Source: Dendrobates tinctorius (Eukaryota). From it: a stretch of 64,000 nt of DNA. This document shows positions 13,273-25,300 of the stretch, piece after piece. The stretch is from the NCBI RefSeq assembly GCF_039654945.1, contig NW_027361767.1:1798001-1862000 (forward strand), given 5' to 3'. The notes below the pieces were generated by a model. It did not search any database, was not told where the DNA came from, and worked only from the letters and a program-made list of their open reading frames with translations. A program made the position numbers and the translations under genes. Position 1 is the stretch's first letter. Each line of letters starts with the position of its first letter.

Positions 13273-14871
13273 CAGTGGGGCAAAAAAGTATTTAGTCAGT
13301 CAGCAATAGTGCAAGTTCCACCACTTAAAAAGATGAGAGGCGTCTAATTTACATCATAGGTAGACCTCAACTATGGGAGACAAACTGAGAAAAAAAAATA
13401 CAGAAAATCACATTCTGTTTTTTTTTCATTTTATTTGCATATTATGGTGGAAAATAAGTATTTGGTCAGAAACAAAATTTCATCTCAATACTTTGTGATA
13501 TATCCTTTGTTGGCAATGACAGAGGTCAAACGTTTTCTGTAAGTCTTCACAAGGTTGCCACACACTGTTGTTGGTATGTTGGCCCATTCCTCCATGCAGA
13601 TCTCCTCTAGAGCAGTGATGTTTTTGGCTTTTCGCTTGGCAACACGGACTTTCAACTCCCTCCAAAGGTTTTCTATAGGGTTGAGATCTGGAGACTGGCT
13701 AGGCCACTCCAGGACCTTGAAATGCTTCTTACGAAGCCACTCCTTCGTTGCCCTGGCGGTGTGCTTTGGATCATTGTCATGTTGAAAGACCCAGCCACGT
13801 TTCATCTTCAATGCCCTTGCTGATGGAAGGAGGTTTGCACTCAAAATCTCACGATACATGGCCCCATTCATTCTTTCATGTACCTGGATCAGTCGTCCTG
13901 GCCCCTTTGCAGAGAAACAGCCCCAAAGCATGATGTTTCCACCACCATGCTTTACAGTAGGTATGGTGTTTGATGGATGCAACTCAGTATTCTTTTTCCT
14001 CCAAACACGACAAGTTGTGTTTCTACCAAACAGTTCCAGTTTGGTTTCATCAGACCATAGGACATTCTCCCAAAACTCCTCTGGATCATCCAAATGCTCT
14101 CTAGCAAACTTCAGACGGGACCGGACATGTACAGGCTTAAGCAGTGGGACACGTCTGGCACTGCAGGATCTGAGTCCATGGTGGCGTAGTGTGTTACTTA
14201 TGGTAGGCCTTGTTACATTGGTCCCAGCTCTCTGCAGTTCATTCACTAGGTCCCCCCGCGTGGTTCTGGGATTTTTGCTCACCGTTCTTGTGATCATTCT
14301 GACCCCACGGGGTGGGATTTTGCGTGGAGCACCAGATCGAGGGAGATTATCAGTGGTCTTGTATGTCTTCCATTTTCTAATTATTGCTCCCACAGTTGAT
14401 TTCTTCACGCCAAGCTGGTTGGCTATTGCAGATTCAGTCTTCCCAGCCTGGTGCAGGGCTACAATTTTGTTTCTGGTGTCCTTTGACAGCTCTTTGGTCT
14501 TCACCATAGTGGAGTTTGGAGTCTGACTGTTTGAGGGTGTGCACAGGTGTCTTTTTATACTGATAACAAGTTTAAACAGGTGCCATTACTACAGGTAATG
14601 AGTGGAGGAAAGAGGAGACTCTTAAAGAAGAAGTTACAGGTCTGTGAGAGCCAGAAATCTTGATTGCTTGTTTCTGACCAAATACTTATTTTCCACCATA
14701 ATATGCAAATAAAATGAAAAAACAGACAATGTGATTTTCTGGATTTTTTTTTCTCAGTTTGTCTCCCAAAGTTGAGGTCTACCTATGATGTAAATTACAG
14801 ACGCCTCTCATCTTTTTAAGTGGTGGAACTTGCACTATTGCTGACTGACTAAATACTTTTTTGCCCCACTG
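13273..14871 (-). mobile_element. Full-length Tc1 transposon (DD34E)
   Basis: TIR CAGTGGGGCAAAAAAGTATTTAGTCAG at both ends; TA flanks at 13271-13272 and 14872-14873. Confidence 0.95.
13485..14507 (-). CDS. Intact Tc1 transposase, 340 aa
   Basis: [10 protein letters not shown]...; [14 protein letters not shown] and SPDLNPIE with D34E spacing. Confidence 0.9.
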   Translation of the reverse strand: MVKTKELSKDTRNKIVALHQAGKTESAIANQLGVKKSTVGAIIRKWKTYKTTDNLPRSGAPRKIPPRGVRMITRTVSKNPRTTRGDLVNELQRAGTNVTRPTISNTLRHHGLRSCSARRVPLLKPVHVRSRLKFAREHLDDPEEFWENVLWSDETKLELFGRNTTCRVWRKKNTELHPSNTIPTVKHGGGNIMLWGCFSAKGPGRLIQVHERMNGAMYREILSANLLPSARALKMKRGWVFQHDNDPKHTARATKEWLRKKHFKVLEWPSQSPDLNPIENLWRELKVRVAKRKAKNITALEEICMEEWANIPTTVCGNLVKTYRKRLTSVIANKGYITKY

Positions 14872-15379
14872 TATGTGGTAGACAGTGGTACAGGCCATAC
14901 CAGTTTGGCAGCGTGTCAGGACCACTCCAGACTTTAGCAGGGGGATGTGTTTGGAGCCAACGTTTAGTTTAATAAAACAATAATCTATGGAAGGATATAA
15001 CACAAGGATTCTTACAAAACTGATGTGGAAACTGAACGGTGCCCCACACGGGAAAAAAAATAAAAACAAAAACATACATATGACAAGGTGAATTCCTTCT
15101 TGCGGCAGAAGCAGACATGTTTGTGTCAGCGCCGCCCCCTTTAGCCTCGAGGGCAGGTTCACTCTCCGGTGAGGGTAAGGGCTCGGCCACCACTGGCTCT
15201 GTGTGAAGAACCCATAAGGAAAGTATTTGCTCTTTATAAGGAGTCCATACAGGGCTTAGCATTACATAATCCATAGGACATGAGGAGCTTGTAATAAGGT
15301 GTAGGGTCTGGTAATATATATTCCTTTAGGCCGAGCCGTTCCCAGAGGCGCATCCAGCACAAGTCCACGGGGCTCCGTG

Positions 15380-18300
15380 TTATTTCACCAGCGGCCGTGT
15401 TTTGTCGTCATCACTGCATTGATGAGCTTTGTATTTTTTCACCTCTGCCATGTACTGTGCCCACGCGCCACCCTTATGTGTCAGGATCTGGAGGAAGAAG
15501 AAACCGAAGGTTACCATGCAGAGGCTGCAACCCCCAACACAAGGAATACTCATCCACCCTTTACTAGATGAGGGCCCCCCCCTGACTATAAGGTCACAGA
15601 TGAGAGGCGACTACCATTTGGGGTGCACTGCTTTACTGCAAGAAAGGTAAAGAAGCCCTCCAAGGATAGAAGGCAGGAGTCGTGTGCAAACCAGAAAGGA
15701 GCAACGCAGGGCTGGATTTCTTTTCTATGGTGCTCCAGATGGCTACGTGCACTAGCCACTTATAGACCCGTCCTAGCCCACCACAGCAGATGGCTATAGT
15801 CACAGTCCATTATATATATGTATACCAACACACATTGTAGGTCCGAGCCTCGCTGAATCAGACAGTATGAATACCATACACCTCCATGAGACGTCAGGCC
15901 ACAGCTTTGTGCATCACTTCCAGGAGGCTCAGACATTACCCACGTACACCGCACTCCATCTTTACATCTTAGCATTTCATAACTAACGTTTCTCACCTCT
16001 TCCTCCATCTTTGGCTTCTTGGTGACCATGCCCGTCTTCAGTGCCAGCTTTGCCCCTCCTCTACGCTTGCCCACCTGGGGGTGGAAGGGACAGAAGACTG
16101 CAACCGTTATACGAGCCCTGGCAGCCTCTCTGAGTCCCTCTATATGACAGAATATAAGGGAGGCCTGGGTTAGACAGGCACAAAACACTCCCCACCTCCA
16201 GACACCACCTTTCCTCCTCATGGGGAAACTAGCAGGATGATGGTGGCGGCATCCTCCACACCATGGACAGATCCAGACACGTATTCATGAGAAACATTCA
16301 AAAGGAGCAGCGGAATGTTAGGGAAACGACTGATACTAAACTAACCTTGTTGCTTTAACAGTCCCCAGCCTCCTGCCAAGGGGGCTCCAGAGCCTGATAG
16401 TAGCCCCCAATAAACTCCGACATCCAGAAATTACAGAAACTAGTTCAGGCCTCAACGTATGTAGGAGCTAGTGATGAGCGACCGTGCTCGGATGCTGTGC
16501 TATCCCAGTGTCCTCAGCCTACTCGAATAATATGTCCGAGTCCCCGCGGCTGTTAGGCAATCTTCATGTGTTGCAGCTGTCTAACAGCCGCAAAACATGC
16601 AGCTGTGGGGACTCTGATAACACAATATTCAAGCAGGCCGAAGATACTCGGATAACACAATATTAGAGCACGCTTGCTCATCACTAGTTGGAACACAAAG
16701 CCTGGAGAGAAGGACCAGTCCGGTCTCAGTCAGGAGCTACAATCCCCCTTCCCCTCCTAGCCCAACTTGTCACAATTGAAAAATGCAAATAAAGTCTCAA
16801 GTGTCTAGTAGGCGGTCTCAAGTTTCCTCTTAATAAACCCCCACCCTGTGCCTCCCATCAGGTCTGGATTGACAACGCAGACATTGCTTTACATCACTAT
16901 CATTTTTTCATGGACGGGCCATGTAAGCAGGAGGTCACAGATGACGTGGCTGAGCACTGCAGGTGCTTTGTCCCAGGACAGCATGGCATGTGAGATCTCT
17001 CTGCAGAACACTAATGTAGGACATTCAGCTGTCAATCAAGAACAAGGGGGAGGAGTTACTGACTAGTAATAAGGAGCTGCCATCCTCCTTGTAAAGTAAT
17101 GCATTCCTGCCATTACCAGCCATCATCTACCCGCAGGGATGCAGAGACCCCTACTGATATCTGGCTTCAGAAATGATTATTTATGGAGCTGCTTCGTTTA
17201 TGCTGCAGTTAACGAACGGAGAGGGGTCCACAAGATCACCTCTGCTCCATCCCAACAGGGGGGTGACAGTCCCAGTAGTTGGGCCTACACTGATCTCTTA
17301 TCACTGACCCAGTGTACAGGTGATAGCTTAGTGCTGGGATCTGTTCCTCTGTTATTCCTCCTGGGAACTTAGAAGGGTGAGCCAATCCATTTGCAGGACC
17401 CTGGTCCAGCAGCCAAGTCAGTATTCCACACGGAAGCCCTGCAAATCGCCCTCTACCTGCTGAAATCCCAGACGCCTCCTAGTTTGTAGATCTGGAGTGA
17501 CACACTGATTGAGCAGAACAAACGCCAAGGGATTCCAGCAAGTAGGAGGTAGCGTGCGGGGTTCCCCAAATACTGATGTGGCTGCTGGATCAGGGTCCTG
17601 GGAGCAGATCTGCTCATCTCTATAGACAGCGATGGTCCCTGCACACCGACACCGTCCCATCAGAGAGATGGTTCATCTACACTGGCACGCAATTTGTGAA
17701 TGGCAAATGATCTACTGGTAAATATTCCATCTGATAACAGGGGCATAAACCATCCACTGTCAGAATTACATCAGTATTTGTAATCCAAAACCAGGAGTGG
17801 GTGATAATCCAGAAGTGGTGCCGCGCTTCTATTATACTTATCCTCTCCCGATTATGGCTACAAATACTGACGGAATACTGCACATGTGAACGCAGCCTTA
17901 TCGGCAGCACACGGTGTGAGCAGAGGAGGGGCTGGACCTGGAGGTAGAGCGACCGCGTCATTGTGAGCCCCAACAGACCGGTACGTAGCGAAGCGCCACT
18001 CGCCACGTTAGGTGATGTTACTGATCGTGGGGGTCCGACCGCTGGTAGATGGGGGGGGATTCTCATCTCCATTACATAGTCGGACGCCCCTTCATCGTCT
18101 GTGGGGCTGCTGGATAAGTCCAGGCCCAGCGGTGAGCAGCCCCCCGGGTGCCGGGTGTGTGCCGCTGCATGTCCACAGCCCTGTATACATAGATAAGCGG
18201 CTGACGGCTCGCTCTGCACAATGTATACAGGGGCCAACATGTCTCCCACCATTTCCAGGGGGAACAACAGAGGAGCCACCATTAGGGTCAGTATCTAGGA

Positions 18301-18729
18301 GGTGGCGATGGTCACCCAGCCTTCCTGCAGGGCAGAGGATAAGGACCACAAGTCCCAGTATCCCCCTGGCAGCGCACAGGCTCTTGCAGGACATTCTGGG
18401 ACTTGTAGTTCTCCGTCGTGTTTGGGGGGCCTTACAAAGCTGGTGGGCGTCCGCTTGTCCGGCTTCTTCCTCTCCTCCGGCTCCCTGCCCTCCTCCTGGC
18501 TCCCTGACGCCTCCATCTTCTTCTTGAAAAGCTCCAGGAAGCTGCCGTCATTGGCGAAGAGATTCAACCCGGAGCCTGAGGGGAGGCCGGCGGAGGAGGG
18601 AGCCTCGGCCCCGGGCGGCGGGGGAGGAGGAGAGTCTGCGGCCTCTTCTTCCTGTTCTACCTCCGCGGCCTCCTCCGCTTCTTCCGCGGCGTCTTCCTCC
18701 GAACCAGGCCGCGGACTTCTTTCCGCCAT
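15380..18729 (-). CDS. TRIR: Telomerase RNA component interacting RNase (C19orf43), 159 aa, 3 exons
   Basis: Exons 18729-18436, 16074-15997, 15487-15380 with GT-AG, phase 0. Motifs NLFANDGSFLELFKKKME, SFVGKRRGG.KLALKTG, AWAQYMAEVKKYKAHQCSDDDKTRPLVK*. Head-to-head with GET3 as in human. Confidence 0.93.
16469..16686. mobile_element. hAT-like MITE (TAGTGATGAGC... TIR) in TRIR intron 1
   Basis: TIR TAGTGATGAGC / GCTCATCACTA; degenerate 8-bp TSD GTAGGAGC / GTTGGAAC; related copy at 59087-59376. Confidence 0.7.
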
Positions 18730-19350
18730 TTTCACACGGTGAGAGTGTCCACGTCACAGAGCGGCAGCATACAGCCTCCCGTTACACCGTCGCCCACCCC
18801 CCCTTAAAAAAAAAAAGGCGGAACCGGGAAAGCGAAAATAAAAATGGCGGCGCGCCTCTGCTTGAGGTAAAAGAAGAACTCGGCCCTGCTGGAGGCGGGA
18901 ATAGAAAAAAAATTGCTTAGAAACACGAGAGCCAATAATATGACACAAAAGATGTGACGTTGTCCAATGAGAGATGGTCTCATCGTGATGGGCAGTTCGA
19001 TTATCCAATGACTCGGCTGCTGGGATAAACTTGAAGGCTATTAGTTGCTTCATTGCGCTACACTTTCCTGTTCAAGATTGACGTAAGAGTCAACCAATCA
19101 AAGCTTGGAAAGAAAGGGGTTATCCAATCATGCTTTGGCGTCAGTAGTTTGACAGTGATAGGCATCAGAAGGAGCTAATCATAAACAAAGCTGTGTATGG
19201 TCGTCATTGATTGACATGTCAGCTAACCAATAGCGAAAGCGATGCTGCCCACAAGGCTCGTTCGGATTGGTCAGAGGAGATAGCTGGGTGATTGTGTAGG
19301 GTTATGCGCGGGGTGGAGGAACTGTCGCCGTCACGTGATACCTGGAGAAA
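18730..19350. promoter_or_regulatory. Bidirectional promoter of TRIR and GET3
   Basis: 621 bp between divergent ATGs. CCAAT boxes at 18932, 18964, 19005, 19094, 19124, 19227 and reverse at 19266; YY1-like AAAATGGCGGC near 18840; CRE-like TGACGT at about 18955 and 19079; GTCACGTGA at 19330. Confidence 0.8.
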
Positions 19351-22300
19351 ATGGCTGCGCCGGGGGATGATGAGTTTGAAGATGCTCCAGATGTGGAGCC
19401 GCTAGAGCCCACCCTACTCAATGTGATAGAGCAGCGCTCACTCAGGTGGATCTTTGTAGGAGGAAAGGGCGGAGTGGGCAAGACCACCTGCAGGTAGGGA
19501 CTAGGGGTGGACTGAACCAAGTGTGGGGAGGAGGTGGTGGTGCGGGGGTGTTTTGGGGAGGGGAAGCCCATTGGGCGCTCACTGTCACGTGACTTCAGGA
19601 TCTGACTACACGTTGTTCTGTAGTCTGTATCCATGGTGACGGGTCAGTCTGCGCAGGAGCTGTGGACACCAAACGTTGAGGCTTCACTTGGGAATGTCAA
19701 AGTTGGTTGCAAAAGTATATGCGCCCTTTCAGTGATTAAGCAGGCCAGGTAGCGCCCTAACGACTACACATTCCCGCTGATCACCCCCAGGAAGGAGGTG
19801 GGCAGCTCGTATCCTCCTGCTGGACCCCCGAGGGACCTCGATATTAGCGGGTTCGCCATCGGTGACTGGTGTGTTGGATCTTATATGAAGAGCACCCTGC
19901 AAGGCCCCCATACATGAGGAGCACCCTGCAAGGCCCCCCATACATGAGGAGCACCCTGCAAGGCCCCCCATATATGAAGAGCACCCTGCAAGGCCCCCCA
20001 TACATGAGGAGCACCCTGCAAGGCCCCCCATACATGAGGAGCACCCTGCAAGGCCCCCCATACATGAGGAGCACCCTGCAAGGCCCCCCATACATGAGGA
20101 GCACCCTGCAAGGCCCCCCATACATGAAGAGCACCCTGCAAGGCCCCCCATATATGAAGAGCACCCTGCAAGGCCCCCCATACACGAGGAGCACCCTGCA
20201 AGGCCCCCCCATACATGAAGAGCACCCTGCAAGGCCCCCCATATATGACGAGCATCCTGCAAGGCCCCCCATACATGAAGAGCACCCTGCAAGGCCCCCC
20301 CCATATATGAGGAGCACCCTGCAAGGCCCCTCATATATGAAGAGCACCCTGCAAGGCCCCCCATACATGAGGAGCACCCTGCAAGGCCCCCCATACATGA
20401 AGAGCATTCTGCAAGGCCCCCCATACATGAAGAGCACCCTGCAAGGCCCCCCCCATACATGAGGAGCACCCTGCAAGGCCCCCCATACATGAGGAGCACC
20501 CTGCAAGGCCCCCCCATACATGAGCACCCTGCAAGGCCCCCCATACATGAGGAGCACCCTGCAAGGCCCCCCATACATGAGGAGCACCCTGCAAGGCCCC
20601 CCATATATGAAGAGCACCCTGCAAGGCCCCCCCCCATACATGAGGAGCACCCTGCAAGGCCCCCCCCCATACATGAGGAGCACCCTGCAAGGCCCCCCAT
20701 ACATGAGGAGCACCCTGCAAGGCCCCCCATACATGAGGAGCACCCTGCAAGGCCCCCCATATATGAAGAGCACCCTGCAAGGCTCCCCATATATGAAGAG
20801 CACCCTGCAAGGCCCCCCATATATGAAGAGCACCCTGCAAGGCTCCCCATATATGAGGAGCAGCACCCTGCAAGGCCCCCCATATATGAGGAGCAGCACC
20901 CTGCAAGGCCCCCCATATATGAGGAGCAGCACCCTGCAAGGCCCCCCATATATGAGGAGCAGCACCCTGCAAGGCCCCCCATATATGAGGAGCAGCACCC
21001 TGCAAGGCCCCCCATATATGAGGAGCAGCACCCTGCAAGGCCCCCCATATATGAGGAGCAGCACCCTGCAAGGCCCCCCATATATGAGGAGCAGCACCAT
21101 GCAAGGCCCCCCATATATGAGGAGCAGCACCCTGCAAGGCCCCCCATATATGAGGAGCAGCACCTTGCAAGGCCCCCCATACATGAGGAGCAGCACCCTG
21201 CAAGGCCCCCCATACATGAGGAACAGCACCCTGCAAGGCCCCCCATATATGAGGAGCAGCACCCTGCAAGGCCCCCCCTATATGAGGAGAAGCACCCTGC
21301 AAGGCCCCCCCTATATGAGGAGCAGCACCCTGCAAGGCCCCCCCTATATGAGGAGCAGCACCCTGCAAGGCCCCCCCCTATATGAGGAGCAGCACCCTGC
21401 AAGGCCCCTCCTATATGAGGAGCAGCACCCTGCAAGGCCCATCCTATATGAGGAGCAGCACCGTGCAAGGCCCATCATATATGAGGAGCAGCACCCTGCA
21501 AGGCCCATCATATATGAGGAGCAGCACCCTGCAAGGCCCCCCATATATGAGGAGCAGCACCCTGCAAGGCCCATCATATATGAGGAGCAGCACCCTGCCA
21601 GGCGCCCCATATATGAGGAGCACCCTGCATGGCCCCCCCATATATGAGGAGCACCCTTCCTAGGCCCGCTACATATGAGGAGCACCCTGCAAGGCCCCCC
21701 ATATATGAGGAGCACCCTGCAAGGCCCTCCACATATGAGGAGCACCCTGCAAGGCCCTCCACATATGAGGAGCACCCTGCAAGGCCCTCCACATATGAGG
21801 AGCACCCTGCAAGGCCCTCCACATATGAGGAGCACCCTGCAAGGCCCGCCATATATGAGGAGCACCCGGCAAGGCCTTAGAAAAAATAAGTCCAGTGCTG
21901 TAAGTCCATAAAATCCATTTTTCTTTTATTCCATCACTTCCAATAGAATAAAAACAATTAAGTCATAGTCGAGAACATTAAAATCAAACGCGTTTCTACG
22001 CAAAATCGTGCGTCTTAATCATTGACAAAGATCTACACAAAATATGATAAGCACCTTGCAAGGCCCTCCACATATGAGGAGAACCCTGCAAGGCCCCCCC
22101 ATATATGAGGAGCACCTGGCAAGGCCCGCCATATATGTGGAGCACTCTGCAAGGCCCGCCATATATGTGGAGCACCCTGCAAGGCCCGCCATATATGTGG
22201 AGCACCCTGCAAGGCCCGCCATATATGAGGAGCACCCTGCAAGGCTCCCCATATATGAGGAGCACCCTGCAAGGCTCCCCATATATGAGGAGCACCCTGC

Positions 22301-25300
22301 AAGGCTCCCCATATATGAGGAGCACCCTGCAAGGCTCCCCATATATGAGGAGCACCCGGCAAGGCCCGTCATATATGAGGAGCACCCTGCAAGGCCCCCT
22401 ACATATAAGGAGCACCCTGCAAGGCCCCCCATATACGAAGAGCACCCTGCAAGGCCCCCCATATATGAGGAGCACCCTGCAAGGCCCGCCATATATGAGG
22501 AGCACCCTGCAAGGCCCGCAATAAATGAGGAGCACCCGGCAAGGACCCTATATATGAGGAGCACCCTATGAGGCCCACCACATAAGAAGAGCACCCGGCA
22601 AGAACCACCACATAAGAAGAGCACCCGGCAAGAACCACCACATAAGAAGAGGGCTCACAATCTCCAAGGGATTGGTGAGGATAAAGTAGGTGAGGGCAGA
22701 GCTGGTCATGCAGCGGTTTGGTGGATCAGTGGTTGCTGCAGGTTGTAGGCTTGTCGGAAAAGGTAGGTCTTCAGGTTCCTTTTGAAGGTTTCCACTGTAG
22801 GCGAGAGTCTGATATGTTGTGGTAGAGAGTTCCAGAGTAGGGGGGATGCGCGGGAGAAATCTTGTATGCGATTGTGGGAAGAAGAGATAAGAGGGGAGTA
22901 CAGAAGGAGATCTTGTGAGGATGGGAGGTTGCATGTTAGTAGGTACCGGGAGACGCGGTCACAGATGTATGGAGGAGACAGGTTGTGGATGGCTTTTTAT
23001 GCCATGGTTAGGGTTTTGAAATGGAGTCTCTGGGTAATGGAGAGCCAGTGTAGGAATTGTCAGAGAGGAGAGACCCGGGAATAGCGGGGGGGATAGGTGG
23101 ATTAGTCGGGCAGCATTGTTTAAGATAGATTGGAGGGGTGAGAGAGTGTTAGAGGGGAGGTCACACAGCAGGAGGTTGCAGTAGTCAAAACGGGAGATGA
23201 TGAGGGCATGCACTAGAGTTTTTGCAGATTCTAGGTTTAGGAATGTACGGATCCGGGAGATGTGGTTTGAAGGAGAGATCAGAATCAGGGATTACCCCGA
23301 GGCAGTGAGCTTGTGGGATTGGGGAGAGTGAGCAGCCATTTACTTTAAGGGATAGGTCTGTTGGGAGAGTCGAGTGAGATGGAGGAAAGATGATGAATTC
23401 TGTTTTGCCCATGTTAAGTTTTAGAAATCTAGCAGAGAAGAAGGATGAAATAGCAGACAGACATTGTGGGATTTTGGTCAGTAGGGAGGTGATATCTTGT
23501 CTCAGAGAGGTAGATCTGTGTGTCATCAGCATAGAGGTGATACTGAAAGCCATGAGATTCTATGAGCTGTCCCAGGCCGAAGGCGTAAATGGAGAAGAGC
23601 GGGAGCCCTAGGACTGAACCTTGCGGAACTCCGACAGATAGGGGGAGAAAGGTGAGGAGGTGGCATGTGAGTGGGAAACGCTGAATGTCCGGTCTGTTAG
23701 AACAAGATCCAAGATAGGGCCAAGTCTGTGAAGCCAAGAGATGTAGTAATAAGGAGTGGTCCACTGTGTCAAAGGCAGAGGACCGGTCCAGGAGGAGGAG
23801 GACAGAGTAGTGTCACTTGGCCTTGGCGGTTAATAGGTCATTGGTGACCTTAGTTAGGGCAGTTTCAGTAGAGTGATGGGGCCAGAAACCAGATTCTAAG
23901 CGGTTGAAGAGGGAGCAGGAAAAGAGGTGGGAGGACAGTTCGAAATGGACTTGTTGTTCTAGTAGGTTTGAGGCAAAGGGGAGAAGTGATATGAGGTGAT
24001 ATCTAGATACAGAGGTTGGTCTAGAGAGTGCTTTTTGAGGATTGGTGTGATTGTGACATGTTTAAAGCTTGAGGGGAAAACACCAGTTGTTAGTGATAGG
24101 TTGAAGAGATGGATTAGGGTTGGGATGAAGACTGTGGTGAAGTTGGGGATGAAGTGGGATAGGATCAGGTCATAGTGCGCAGATGGCGAAATGTGATCTC
24201 GAGAGTAGGGCGGAAAGTGGAAAGTTGGTCTTCTATAATGGTGGAGAAGCTGGTTTTGGAGGAGGAGGGCTGAGTAGTTAGGAATAGGGGTTGTGGAGGT
24301 TGTAGGTCAAAGCTTTCTCTGATGTTATCAATCTTCTGTTTAAAGAATGACACATATAAAGAGCACCCCAAAAGGCCCAGCATATATGAGGAGCACCCTG
24401 CAAGAACTACCATATATGAAGAGCAACCCAAAAGGCCCACCATATTTGAAAACCACCCCCCGCAGGCCTGTCACATACTGTGATTGCCCCCAAATCATGA
24501 TCGCCCTCTCAAACCCGGCCGCAAAACAGGAACGATCCATGAGGCCTGACTCATACTAAAAACGCCCCCCAAACGTGGCCGCAAACTCGGAACGCTTTGC
24601 AAGGCCCGCCACTTGCCGGGAACACCCCGTAAGGCCCACTGCATACAGGAAACGCCCCACAAGACCATTCAAATACCGGGAACGCCCCTCAAACGTGGTC
24701 GCAAATAGTGACCTCCCCTGCATATCGGGAACGCCCTGCAAGGCTCATCGCATACTGGGAATGCCCACCGCACACCAGGAACGCCACACAAAGCCTGCCG
24801 CATACAGGGAACACCCCCACATACCGGAAACGGCTCAGAAGCCCATCTGCATACGGGGAACAACCCACAAGACTTGCTGTTTTGTAGATGTTATGACTAC
24901 TGGGATTACAGTTTGGCCCTTGTCGCTTCGCTCTCATCTTTACACTTGGTCCTTTTTCCACATTGCTGCCTGACATCCCCCGCGCAGAAGCCATTGTTAG
25001 ACATCCGGTGTTCTGCTCTCCCTCTGTGGTGTATGGCGACTGAGCAGTGTCTGTCTCCACAGTTGCAGTCTAGCCGTCCAGCTGTCTCGGATTCGGGAGA
25101 GTGTACTGATAATTTCCACGGACCCCGCTCATAACATCTCTGATGCCTTCGACCAGAAGTTCTCCAAGGTCCCCACCAAAGTGCGCGGCTATGACAACCT
25201 ATTTGCCATGGTGAGTTGTCTCTCTTCTTCCAATGTTTATCAATCTATCTGATATCTATCCAGATAATTCCCCTTCCCCCGCGTCTTGTGTGCAGGAGAT

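Noticed and set aside
17677-18527. 100-200-aa ORFs in TRIR intron 1 and antisense to exon 1
   Set aside because: Expected in GC-rich promoter-proximal DNA; no recognisable homology.
19729-22641. Long Gly/Cys- or Pro-rich ORFs on both strands (keratin-associated or extensin-like look)
   Set aside because: Translations of a 30/33-bp intronic minisatellite with homopolymer frameshifts; no exon structure.
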